Below are positions 55,833-64,000 of a stretch of DNA of 64,000 bases, one piece after another. The notes under the pieces were generated by a model. That model saw nothing but the letters and a program-made list of their open reading frames with translations, was not told the origin of the DNA and did not search any database. Within the stretch, counting starts at the first letter, position 1, and every line of letters begins with the position of its first letter. Source of the DNA: Candidatus Acidiferrales bacterium (GTDB lineage: Bacteria > Acidobacteriota > Terriglobia > Acidiferrales > UBA7541); the NCBI GenBank assembly GCA_963763395.1, contig CAVXOG010000015.1:156235-220234 (forward strand), in the 5' to 3' direction. The translations under genes were made by a program, and so were the position numbers.

Positions 55833-56996
55833 TTAGCGCAAAAGTTCCACGATTATCTCGTTGGAGATGCCCAGCTTTCCCGCTGCCAAGCGTACCTGCT
55901 GTCCGTTCTGTTCCACCATGCCCGCGGAAGCCAGTTGCCCCACCTTTTCTTGCAGGTCCACACGGTACTGTTTTTCGATGCGAGCCAGATCAATCCCAGA
56001 TAGTTGGCGCAAGCCCAGAAAGAGTTCTTCTTCCAACGCCATTCCCGGCGTTACCGCGTCAACCGATAGAGTGGTGCTACGTCCTGAGGTTATGGCCTCA
56101 GCGTACGCAAGAGCGTCATGCGCGTTAGCCCAGCGCTGCGTGCCGGAAAACGAATGGGCGCCAGCACCAAATCCGAAGTAGGGTTCCCGCCGCCAATATT
56201 TCAAGTTATGTTGCGACGCAAAACCGGGCTTCGCCCAATTCGAAATCTCGTACTGGTCATAACCGGCGGCCTTGAGCACCATTTGAGCAGTTTCATAGAA
56301 TTCCGCCATGGATTCCTCGACAGGCAAATCTTTGGCGCTATAACGCGAACCGCCCTGCAATACCTCCAACCCCAGACGGCTGCCTTCGTCGATTTCCATC
56401 ATGTAAATGGAAATATGCTCCGGCGCAAGTGCAATTGATTCTTCAAGCGATTCGCGCCAGGAATCCGTGGTTTGCTTGGGCAAGCCCGCAATCAAATCGA
56501 AACTGATATTGCCGATTCCAGCGCCGCGCAGAATTGGCACCGCGCGATAGATATCCGCCCGCCGATGCCTCCGGCCTGCCGCTTTCAGCTCTTCGTCAAT
56601 AAACGATTGGGTGCCAAAACTGATGCGATTGATCCCCGCAGCGGCCCAGGCAACCGCTTTCTTCTCTTCGATTGTTTCAGGATCGGCTTCGAGAGTAATT
56701 TCAGCAAACTCGCAAGGGAAGGATTCTCGGACAGCGTCCAACATTCCGCCAAGCAGTTCAGTCTCGAGCAAGCTGGGCGTGCCCCCGCCAATGTAAACCG
56801 TATCTACGATCCCGGTGTTGGTGGGAAGTTCGATGCCGGCGATCCGATAGTTGTCCCGAAACTCGCGAATCTCTCGCGAAACCGCAGCCGCATAAGGCGC
56901 AAAACGGCCTGCAGACACTACCCCTGTGTGGAAGTTGCAGTAGGTGCACTTCGTTTGGCAGAACGGAACCTGGATGTAGATGCCGAGTTTGCCCAT
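55833..56996 (-). CDS. hemW: Radical SAM heme chaperone HemW (HemN-like)
   Basis: YIQVPFCQTKCTYCNF CxxxCxxC motif. GGGTPS block. Confidence 0.88.
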   Translation of the reverse strand: MGKLGIYIQVPFCQTKCTYCNFHTGVVSAGRFAPYAAAVSREIREFRDNYRIAGIELPTNTGIVDTVYIGGGTPSLLETELLGGMLDAVRESFPCEFAEITLEADPETIEEKKAVAWAAAGINRISFGTQSFIDEELKAAGRRHRRADIYRAVPILRGAGIGNISFDLIAGLPKQTTDSWRESLEESIALAPEHISIYMMEIDEGSRLGLEVLQGGSRYSAKDLPVEESMAEFYETAQMVLKAAGYDQYEISNWAKPGFASQHNLKYWRREPYFGFGAGAHSFSGTQRWANAHDALAYAEAITSGRSTTLSVDAVTPGMALEEELFLGLRQLSGIDLARIEKQYRVDLQEKVGQLASAGMVEQNGQQVRLAAGKLGISNEIIVELLR

Positions 56997-57046
56997 CGCA
57001 AAACTGTAACACAGGGCACCGTGTGCCGAGCGATGGCTCGTCAGTC

Positions 57047-57460
57047 TTAGCGGCCGTCCGTTTTGGTATCTTCCTGGATTTTCACGAACAAGCTGCGCTC
57101 GCGCGGACCATCAAATTCCGCGAAGAATATCCCTTGCCAACGACCCAGGGCCAGCTTGCCATTCTCGACAAAGACAAACTGGCTCATTCCAACGAGCATG
57201 GTTTTGACATGGGAATCCGTGTTTCCTTCCGCGTGCTTAAACTCCGGATCATCGGGCACCAGTCCGTCAATCGCGCCTTCCGCATCGGAGGCTACGTCGG
57301 GATCTGCATGTTCGTTGATCACTAGGCCAGCGGTAGTGTGCGGAACGTAGAGAAAGCAAATTCCAGACTTAGCTCCAGAGTTTTGCACAATCCGTTGCAC
57401 TTCATTGGTAATGTCCAACAGTTGCGTGCGGTCTTTGGTCTTTACGTGAAGAACTTGCAT
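57047..57460 (-). CDS. yjbQ: YjbQ/UPF0047 family protein (secondary thiamine-phosphate synthase)
   Basis: 137 aa. VPHTTAGLVINE and GNTDSHVK blocks. Confidence 0.85.
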   Translation of the reverse strand: MQVLHVKTKDRTQLLDITNEVQRIVQNSGAKSGICFLYVPHTTAGLVINEHADPDVASDAEGAIDGLVPDDPEFKHAEGNTDSHVKTMLVGMSQFVFVENGKLALGRWQGIFFAEFDGPRERSLFVKIQEDTKTDGR

Positions 57461-57462
57461 GA

Positions 57463-59085
57463 TCAGGGAATCGGAACCAGAAAATGAAGTCCTGGCTTCT
57501 TTGCGCTCGCGTGCTTCTCCAGTTCGGTCAGTCCGGGCGAGCCCCAGCGGGAAAGAAAAGGCAGGAAACAGAGGTCGCGGGATTGCAACCCCTTTTGCGG
57601 ATAGAGTAGGTTCTCGAGAAACTGTTCGTGCTGGTCAATCACCTTTTCATGACGGTCCAGTGCGGCGCCGGTCTTCTCGCGCAATTTCTCAATCTGGTAG
57701 TGAATGCGTTTCTCGGCGCGCGCGATCGTGCCCTGTATGGTGGGATCAAACTTCGCAATTGCCTTCTGCAACTTCTTTACTCCCTTTTCCATCTGTCGAA
57801 GGTTGGTGTCAAATTCACGCGTCAGCTTCTTCGGAACGCTCTCGCCATACATGCGCTTTCGAAGCGTTTGTTTCCCTTCCCACACATTTTCCACTTCCAA
57901 TCCATATTTCTTCAGGATGCGCACTGCTTTTGGATCGACGAGAGTAAAATCGGCGCGCGGAAGCATGACAGGCATGCGGCCGAGCAAATTCTCGTACAGT
58001 ACCTGCGACTGTGCAAAATAGGCAATTTCCGCTGGTCCACCAAAATAGGCAACGGTGGGCAGCATGTAGTCCTGCACAACAGGACGAAACAAAGCGTTCG
58101 GGCTGAAGAGTTTCGGGTCTGTTTCCAACTTCTGCAGCCACTCCTGGAGAGGTGCCGTGTGCCCGCCACTGGTAAATGCATCGCCATTGGCGGCCGATAT
58201 TACGTGGCGCTTGCCGCCTTCCAGAGAAAACAACACGGTACTGTTTGACGTTACGTTGACTTGTGCGACGTACCCCGCATGTTCAAGTGCTTTTCCTCGC
58301 TTTAACAAAAGCGCGTTCAATTCATCTCGCCGTTCCAACGCTTGCTTCATCACTGGCGCAGCCAAGAGATGCAATCCATCGTCCAACGGATCGAGCAGAA
58401 TCAATCCCTCATCAGCAAAAACACGGGCGAACAGTCGTGCAAAAGCTGAGCCATAAGTGGCAGAAGGCACATAGGACTGCTGCAGAATACCCGCAACCAT
58501 CTGACTGTCCGGACCAGCAAGCAAAGCTATCGCTTGCTGAACAAGCCCGTTGATGTCCGGGCCCAACGGAATACGGCCCACGGGAATATCCGCTTCCACA
58601 GGCTTTGGCAATTCAAAACGATGTAGCTTCCCTTCGTGGAACCACGTAGCATGCCGCACTTCGTCAACGTCGTGATCTTCGGTGGCCATCCAGAAAACGG
58701 GAACAGCTTCGATGCCTTCTTTGCTCAGTTGCCGAGCCGTGCGAATCGCCGTCAGTGCCTTGTAAAAAGCGTAGGCAGGACCGCCGAATAGACCGACTTG
58801 TTGTCCGCTGACGACAGTTACGGCTTCGCGGCCAAGCCGGTCAAGGCTCTCCATCGTTTTTGGACTACTGCCGAACTGCGTGTTTTGCGCTCGAAGAATG
58901 TCTACTACCTGTCGACGACGCTCGGCGGGAAATTCCAGTTTTCTTGCTTCAGCGAAGACCGACGCCAGATCGGGAGGGTGGGAATAGAAACTTTCCAGTT
59001 TGGAAAAATTTGTAACGTAGTCGCGGATGAGCTTTGAGGTGTGCGGCAGTTGATTGGGTAGGAGGGCGCGACAGTCCATGGGCAT
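57463..59085 (-). CDS. bshC: Bacillithiol biosynthesis cysteine-adding enzyme BshC
   Basis: 540 aa, about the length of BshC/YllA. The N-terminal region and the SGQQVGLFGGPAYAFYKALTAI block are family-like. Confidence 0.75.
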   Translation of the reverse strand: MPMDCRALLPNQLPHTSKLIRDYVTNFSKLESFYSHPPDLASVFAEARKLEFPAERRRQVVDILRAQNTQFGSSPKTMESLDRLGREAVTVVSGQQVGLFGGPAYAFYKALTAIRTARQLSKEGIEAVPVFWMATEDHDVDEVRHATWFHEGKLHRFELPKPVEADIPVGRIPLGPDINGLVQQAIALLAGPDSQMVAGILQQSYVPSATYGSAFARLFARVFADEGLILLDPLDDGLHLLAAPVMKQALERRDELNALLLKRGKALEHAGYVAQVNVTSNSTVLFSLEGGKRHVISAANGDAFTSGGHTAPLQEWLQKLETDPKLFSPNALFRPVVQDYMLPTVAYFGGPAEIAYFAQSQVLYENLLGRMPVMLPRADFTLVDPKAVRILKKYGLEVENVWEGKQTLRKRMYGESVPKKLTREFDTNLRQMEKGVKKLQKAIAKFDPTIQGTIARAEKRIHYQIEKLREKTGAALDRHEKVIDQHEQFLENLLYPQKGLQSRDLCFLPFLSRWGSPGLTELEKHASAKKPGLHFLVPIP

Positions 59086-59129
59086 TTAGATGATAGACGT
59101 TCAAAAAAGTGACGGCAAACTCAGAATAG

Positions 59130-60026
59130 TTAGACGGAGGCAACAGCCGGATGGAGTGCCGAAATAATGGCGGTAATCTCCTGCTTTTTCTCTTCTTTCA
59201 GAGGCAATAAGGGCAATCGCGGCAACCCACCCTTATATCCGCGCAAGTCCATGGCAAATTTTACGCCCGCAATGCCCCCCTCAGAGACGATGCGCTTCGA
59301 GGCATAAGCCAACTTTAGCTGCAATTCCCTGGCGTTTTCGTGCTGACCCGATCTCACGTATTCAAACACTTGCGTGCAGTGTTCCGGCAGAGCACTGGCC
59401 AGCGCGAGGATCGCACCGCGGGCGCCCACAACCAGGGCCGAGTAGATCACCGCAGCTCCCCCAGTCAGCACCTGAAAATCCGGCCGCGCCGCTCCTACGA
59501 CTTCGCCAACCCGTTGCATCACGCCAGAACTGTCTTTGATACCAATGATATTCGGGTGTTCCGTTAGAGCCAGAATCTCCGGAGTCTCCAGAGACACGCC
59601 GGTGAACTGCGGCACAGAATACAGGAGAATGGGAATTGGCGACGCGTCTGCAACCGCCCGGTAGTGATGCAAATAGGTCTCGGGTTTGTAGACTGGTTTG
59701 TAATAGTAGGGCGTCTTGACCAGTGCGATTTTGTATCCAAGGTCCGCCGCTCGCTTGGTGCGGGCAATGGTCTCTGCCGTTGACTCTGCGCCAGTCCCGG
59801 CAATCAGTACTTTTTCGGTCGCAGCCGATTCTCGTACCGCCACCAGGATCGAATCCGACTCTTCCCGAGAGAGCATGACAGACTCTCCCGTTGAGCCCAG
59901 CACCACATAGCCCGAGACGCGCGTCCGATTGTAGAGACCTATGTTGTGCTTAAGAGCCGCTAGGGAGACGGCTCCTGACGGGTCATAAGGAGTAACAAGC
60001 GCTGGAAAAACACCGCTGATCTGCAT
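59130..60026 (-). CDS. DapA/HpaI-type class I aldolase (dihydrodipicolinate synthase family)
   Basis: FPALVTPY...VVLGSTGES...; a conserved Lys region is present. Substrate specificity is not assignable. Confidence 0.85.
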   Translation of the reverse strand: MQISGVFPALVTPYDPSGAVSLAALKHNIGLYNRTRVSGYVVLGSTGESVMLSREESDSILVAVRESAATEKVLIAGTGAESTAETIARTKRAADLGYKIALVKTPYYYKPVYKPETYLHHYRAVADASPIPILLYSVPQFTGVSLETPEILALTEHPNIIGIKDSSGVMQRVGEVVGAARPDFQVLTGGAAVIYSALVVGARGAILALASALPEHCTQVFEYVRSGQHENARELQLKLAYASKRIVSEGGIAGVKFAMDLRGYKGGLPRLPLLPLKEEKKQEITAIISALHPAVASV

Positions 60027-60029
60027 GGC

Positions 60030-63000
60030 TCAATCTCCCGAACCCTGCGTCCCTGAAGCAGCCACCTTGCTCAGATGAAGATCCTGCAGGCACGCTACTT
60101 CACGTTTCAATTCTGTAATGGCGTGAATCCCGCGAACCGCAGCATGCGCCGCGGAGAGAGTAGTAATGCAGGGGATGTTGTACCGAATTGCGGCGCGCCG
60201 AATCGATTTCTCGTCGTAAAACGATTCGCGTCCTAACGGCGTATTGAAAATCAGGTTTATTTTCCCCGTTTTGATCAAATCGACGATGTTGGGACGGCCT
60301 TCATTCACTTTGAAGACTTCGTCGCAGGGAACGCCAGCGGCATGAAACGCTGTCGCCGTCCCTCGCGTAGCCACCAGCTTGAACCCCAGCGCCACCAACT
60401 CTTTACCAAGCGGGCCAATCTGACGCTTATCACGATCGTTCACGCTGATAAACACCGTCCCGGAGCTTGGCAATTTCTGTCCTGCTGCAAGCTGTGCTTT
60501 GGCAAACGCCTGTCCATACGAAGTGGAGACGCCCATTACTTCCCCTGTGGAGCGCATTTCCGGGCCAAGAATCGTATCGACGCCTCGGAATTTGTTAAAC
60601 GGAAAAACAGGCGATTTCACGGAGTAATAATCATGCGTCGCAACTTCCGCCACGCCGTTGTGCACCACCAGTGGCAGCTTCATATCCGCCAGTCGCTTCC
60701 CCACCATCAGTCGCGCCGCCACCTTCGCCAGCGGCACTCCCGTTGCCTTACTGACATACGGAACCGTGCGCGATGCGCGTGGATTGACCTCAAGCACGTA
60801 GACTGTGTCGCGCTGAATGGCATACTGCACATTCATCAATCCAACCACCTTCAACGCGAGCGCCAGCCGCTTGGTGTAATCACGGATGGTATTCAGGACC
60901 GTCGGCGACAGACTCACCGCCGGCAGCACGCACGAAGAGTCGCCAGAGTGCACGCCCGCCTCTTCGATGTGCTCCATGATTCCCCCGATGACCACATCCG
61001 TGCCATCGGCCAAAGCGTCAACATCGACTTCGGTCGCCTCTTCCAGAAACTGATCGATCAGAACGGGCCGTGCCGGGCCCATAAGCGCCGCCTGTGCCAC
61101 ATACTCCTGAACGGTGTTCACGTCATACGCGATGACCATGGCTCGGCCGCCAAGAACGTAGCTCGGGCGCACCAGCACCGGCATTCCAATTTCTCCAGCC
61201 ACCCGCGCTGCCTCTTCCGGGACCAGGGCGGTGCCGTTGCGTGGTTGCGGAATCTTCAGTTCATCGAGCAGACGCCCAAACCTGCGGCGATCTTCAGCGA
61301 GATCGATGGACTCCGGAGCCGTGCCAACGATGGGTACGCCGTTACGCTTCAATTCAAGAGCCAGATTCAACGGCGTTTGTCCGCCAAACTGTACGATCAC
61401 ACCCGTTGGTTTCTCGCGTTCCACGATGGCCAGCACATCTTCCAGCGTCAACGGTTCGAAGTACAGGCGGTCAGAAGTGTCGTAGTCAGTCGACACCGTT
61501 TCCGGATTGCAGTTCACCATGATGCTTTCAAATCCGTCTTCACGCAGCGCGAAAGATGCATGGCAACAGCAGTAATCGAACTCGATTCCCTGCCCGATGC
61601 GGTTCGGCCCGCTGCCCAGAATCATGATTTTCTGACGCGTCGTGGTCTCCGCTTCGTCTTCATCCTCGTAGGTGGAGTACATGTATGGCGTAAAGGACTC
61701 GAATTCCGCCGCACACGTATCCACCCGCTTGAACACCGGCGAAACCCCGTATCGAGCGCGCTGTAACCGCACCGCCGCCGGAGTCGTCTTCCACATCTGC
61801 GCCAGCGTCTCATCGCTGGTGCCAACGCGCTTCACTTCCCTCAGTAAATCTTTCGACGCCGTCTCCACCGTAACGGCCGCCGCACGACGGTTCGTGGCGA
61901 TAATCTCCTCGATCTGGTGGATGAACCACGGATCGATCTTCGTCAACTCGCAGATTTCCTCACTTGGCAGCCCGCGCTCAACCGCCGTCAGTAACCAGTG
62001 AATGCGATTTGGCCGGGGCGTGGATAGCTTCTCGCGCAACAGGGAGACCGGAGTCTCCGCCGGGGCCCGCCATGGCGTACTCGGTTCAAGTGACCGGATG
62101 CCCTTCTGCAGCGCCTCTTTAAACGTGCGCCCGATGGCCATCACCTCGCCGACAGACTTCATCTGCGTTCCGAGAGTGCTGTCCGCTCCGGCAAACTTCT
62201 CAAATTGCCATTTCGGTATCTTCACCACCACATAGTCGATTGCCGGTTCGAAACAGGCTGGCGTCTTCTTGGTAATGTCGTTGGGAATTTCATCCAGGGA
62301 CATGCCTACCGCCAGTCGTGCCGCAATCTTCGCGATCGGGAATCCCGTCGCTTTACTGGCCAACGCCGAACTCCGCGAAACGCGCGGGTTCATTTCAATC
62401 ACCGTCATCCGCCCGTTTTCCGGGTTGATGGCAAACTGCACGTTCGATCCCCCGGTCTCGACGCCGACCTCGCGGATAATGGCCGCTGCGGCATCCCGCA
62501 TCCGCTGAAATTCCTTGTCGGTAAGAGTCTGCGCGGGTGCCACAGTAATGGAATCGCCCGTATGTACGCCCATGGGATCGAAATTCTCAATCGTGCAGAT
62601 GACCACGAAGTTGTCGCGATAGTCGCGCATAACTTCCAGTTCGTACTCTTTCCAGCCGAGCACCGACTCTTCCACCAGCGCTTCGTGTACCGGACTCATA
62701 TCCAGTGCGTGTGCAATCGCCTCTGCAAACTCTTCTTTGTTGTACGCGATCGACCCGCCACTTCCACCCAGTGTGAAGGAAGGACGAATTACCAACGGAA
62801 AACCAAGCTGATCGCATAAGCGCAGCGCATCCTGAGCGTTATTCACCAAAGCAGAGGCCGGTACTTCCAGCCCGATCTTTCGGCAGGCATCCTTAAACCA
62901 CAGCCGGTCTTCGGCAACCTTAATCGCGCGCAGAGAAGCGCCGATCATTTCCACTTTGTGTTTTTCTAGAATACCGCTCTCGGCCAATTCCACTGCCAGG

Positions 63001-63290
63001 TTCAGCGCCGTCTGTCCGCCAACTGTAGGAAGCAGCGCGTTGGGCCGCTCTTTAATGATGATTTCTTCGATGTATTCCTTGGTCAGCGGCTCGATATAGG
63101 TTCTGTGCGCCAACTCCGGATCGGTCATGATCGTCGCGGGATTGGAATTCACCAGCACAACTTCGTATCCTTCGGCCCGCAGCGCCTTGCAAGCCTGCGC
63201 TCCCGAATAGTCAAATTCACAAGCCTGTCCAATAATGATGGGGCCCGAGCCGATAATCAGAATCTTCTTGATGTCAGTGCGTTTGGGCAT
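60030..63290 (-). CDS. carB: Carbamoyl-phosphate synthase large subunit
   Basis: 1086 aa. Duplicated ATP-grasp halves and an MGS-like C-terminal domain. N-terminus reads [30 protein letters not shown]. Confidence 0.97.
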   Translation of the reverse strand: MPKRTDIKKILIIGSGPIIIGQACEFDYSGAQACKALRAEGYEVVLVNSNPATIMTDPELAHRTYIEPLTKEYIEEIIIKERPNALLPTVGGQTALNLAVELAESGILEKHKVEMIGASLRAIKVAEDRLWFKDACRKIGLEVPASALVNNAQDALRLCDQLGFPLVIRPSFTLGGSGGSIAYNKEEFAEAIAHALDMSPVHEALVEESVLGWKEYELEVMRDYRDNFVVICTIENFDPMGVHTGDSITVAPAQTLTDKEFQRMRDAAAAIIREVGVETGGSNVQFAINPENGRMTVIEMNPRVSRSSALASKATGFPIAKIAARLAVGMSLDEIPNDITKKTPACFEPAIDYVVVKIPKWQFEKFAGADSTLGTQMKSVGEVMAIGRTFKEALQKGIRSLEPSTPWRAPAETPVSLLREKLSTPRPNRIHWLLTAVERGLPSEEICELTKIDPWFIHQIEEIIATNRRAAAVTVETASKDLLREVKRVGTSDETLAQMWKTTPAAVRLQRARYGVSPVFKRVDTCAAEFESFTPYMYSTYEDEDEAETTTRQKIMILGSGPNRIGQGIEFDYCCCHASFALREDGFESIMVNCNPETVSTDYDTSDRLYFEPLTLEDVLAIVEREKPTGVIVQFGGQTPLNLALELKRNGVPIVGTAPESIDLAEDRRRFGRLLDELKIPQPRNGTALVPEEAARVAGEIGMPVLVRPSYVLGGRAMVIAYDVNTVQEYVAQAALMGPARPVLIDQFLEEATEVDVDALADGTDVVIGGIMEHIEEAGVHSGDSSCVLPAVSLSPTVLNTIRDYTKRLALALKVVGLMNVQYAIQRDTVYVLEVNPRASRTVPYVSKATGVPLAKVAARLMVGKRLADMKLPLVVHNGVAEVATHDYYSVKSPVFPFNKFRGVDTILGPEMRSTGEVMGVSTSYGQAFAKAQLAAGQKLPSSGTVFISVNDRDKRQIGPLGKELVALGFKLVATRGTATAFHAAGVPCDEVFKVNEGRPNIVDLIKTGKINLIFNTPLGRESFYDEKSIRRAAIRYNIPCITTLSAAHAAVRGIHAITELKREVACLQDLHLSKVAASGTQGSGD

Positions 63291-63312
63291 CGTGTTTCTT
63301 AGAGTGCGGGTA

Positions 63313-63407
63313 CGTCAGGGCACGGCTTCAGCCGTGCCGCAAAACCGCTTCCCCTTTCTGAAAGGGCTTCAGCCCCTGAGGTGGTCGGCTATAGCCGTGC
63401 CCTGACG
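63313..63407. repeat. Compound palindromic element in the carA-carB spacer
   Basis: Perfect 15-bp inverted repeat CGTCAGGGCACGGCT (63313..63327) / AGCCGTGCCCTGACG (63393..63407). Inner hairpin GGCACGGC-ttca-GCCGTGCC. Core GGGCTTCAGCCCCTGAGG at 63364..63381. Confidence 0.7.
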
Positions 63408-63428
63408 GCCGTAATTTCGAAGACAAAT

Positions 63429-64000
63429 TCATCCCCTCGAACTTCCCGGCTGCTGGAATTCCTTCATCAGATCGGTGAACTGAGTGAACAAATAGTGCGA
63501 ATCGTGAGGACCAGGCGATGCTTCCGGGTGATATTGAACGCTAAACAGCGGAAGGTTCTTGTGCCGCATGCCCTCGTTAGTATTGTCGTTCAGATTGACG
63601 TGCGTGATTTCAACATCGCTCGATGGCAATGATTCCGGATCAACACAGAAACCGTGATTTTGCGCGGTAATCTCCACCTGGTTCGTCAGCAAATTCTTTA
63701 CGGGATGATTTGATCCGTGATGACCGAATTTCAACTTGAAAGTCTTGCCGCCAAGAGCCAGTCCGCACAACTGATGGCCCAGACAGATCCCGAAAATCGG
63801 CACTCGTCCAGCCAGCTTGCGAATATTGTCGATGGCGTAGTTGATTGGCTCAGGATCGCCCGGTCCGTTCGAGAGAAATACACCGTTCGGTCCGAACGCC
63901 AGCACGTCCTCTGCACTGGTGTTCGCGGGTACGACCGTCACATCGCAATGATGATCGACCAGCAGCCGAAGAATGTTCTGCTTGATGCCGTAATCGTAGG
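63429..64000 (-). CDS. carA: Carbamoyl-phosphate synthase small subunit, C-terminal glutaminase part (gene runs off the right edge)
   Basis: GICLGHQ catalytic Cys block and [12 protein letters not shown]. The frame stays open beyond the track ATG at 63941 up to position 64000. Confidence 0.93.
   Translation of the reverse strand, partial: YDYGIKQNILRLLVDHHCDVTVVPANTSAEDVLAFGPNGVFLSNGPGDPEPINYAIDNIRKLAGRVPIFGICLGHQLCGLALGGKTFKLKFGHHGSNHPVKNLLTNQVEITAQNHGFCVDPESLPSSDVEITHVNLNDNTNEGMRHKNLPLFSVQYHPEASPGPHDSHYLFTQFTDLMKEFQQPGSSRG

Noticed and set aside
1-64000. Scan for tRNA, rRNA, CRISPR arrays, IS/transposase, integrase, phage or defence-system genes.
   Set aside because: I recognised no T-loop (GGTTCGAATCC-type) or rRNA signatures. 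There are no regularly spaced direct repeats with unique spacers. No recombinase, transposase, nuclease or helicase cassettes of defence type are present. Every ORF longer than 100 aa that is not a shadow ORF has a housekeeping-type assignment or is a secreted hypothetical.

Overview
Gene-dense chromosomal segment, moderately GC-rich by eye, with about 60 protein genes. Almost all are housekeeping or core metabolism. Recognisable genes, left to right:
- mgtE (partial), oligopeptidase B, mutS, anmK, rarA, hisC
- two pseudouridine synthases, scpA and scpB, trpS, two acyl-CoA dehydrogenases
- a LytTR response regulator, csp, polX, icd, mdh
- a sulfite reductase/cobA/yeiH operon, cyclophilin, plsC
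- an mgtC-ldcA-mpl-M61 peptidase chain, mtnP, meaB, an ACE-like M2 peptidase
- ltaE, hemW, yjbQ, bshC, a dapA-like gene, carB, carA (partial)

Gene content (bshC, many secreted enzymes) and the short hairpin-type intergenic repeats suggest an Acidobacteriota-like genome. That is inference only.

I found no rRNA, tRNA, CRISPR array, IS element, integrase, prophage or recognisable defence island. Several ORF-track entries are over-extended at the 5' end. I re-set those starts from ATGA/TGATG overlaps, Shine-Dalgarno (SD) sites and family-typical N-termini.

The most interesting signal is non-coding or micro-coding. A 30-codon ORF with 8 Cys codons (two runs of three) is followed by a strong intrinsic terminator ending 14 nt before the sulfite reductase start. 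This is a candidate cysteine-sensing leader-peptide attenuator.

Other items worth a second look:
- two translationally coupled micro-ORFs inside the same operon
- a terminator-containing structured mgtE leader
- a long-form TrpRS with an Fe-S type Cys motif and a roughly 73-aa insertion
- tandem secreted VOC paralogs with a conserved C-terminal PCCSE motif
- a hydrophobic micro-ORF whose SD is sequestered in a hairpin
- a frameshifted small secreted-protein gene
- several REP-like repeat families

All functional calls come from reading the translations against family motifs I know. No database search was run.
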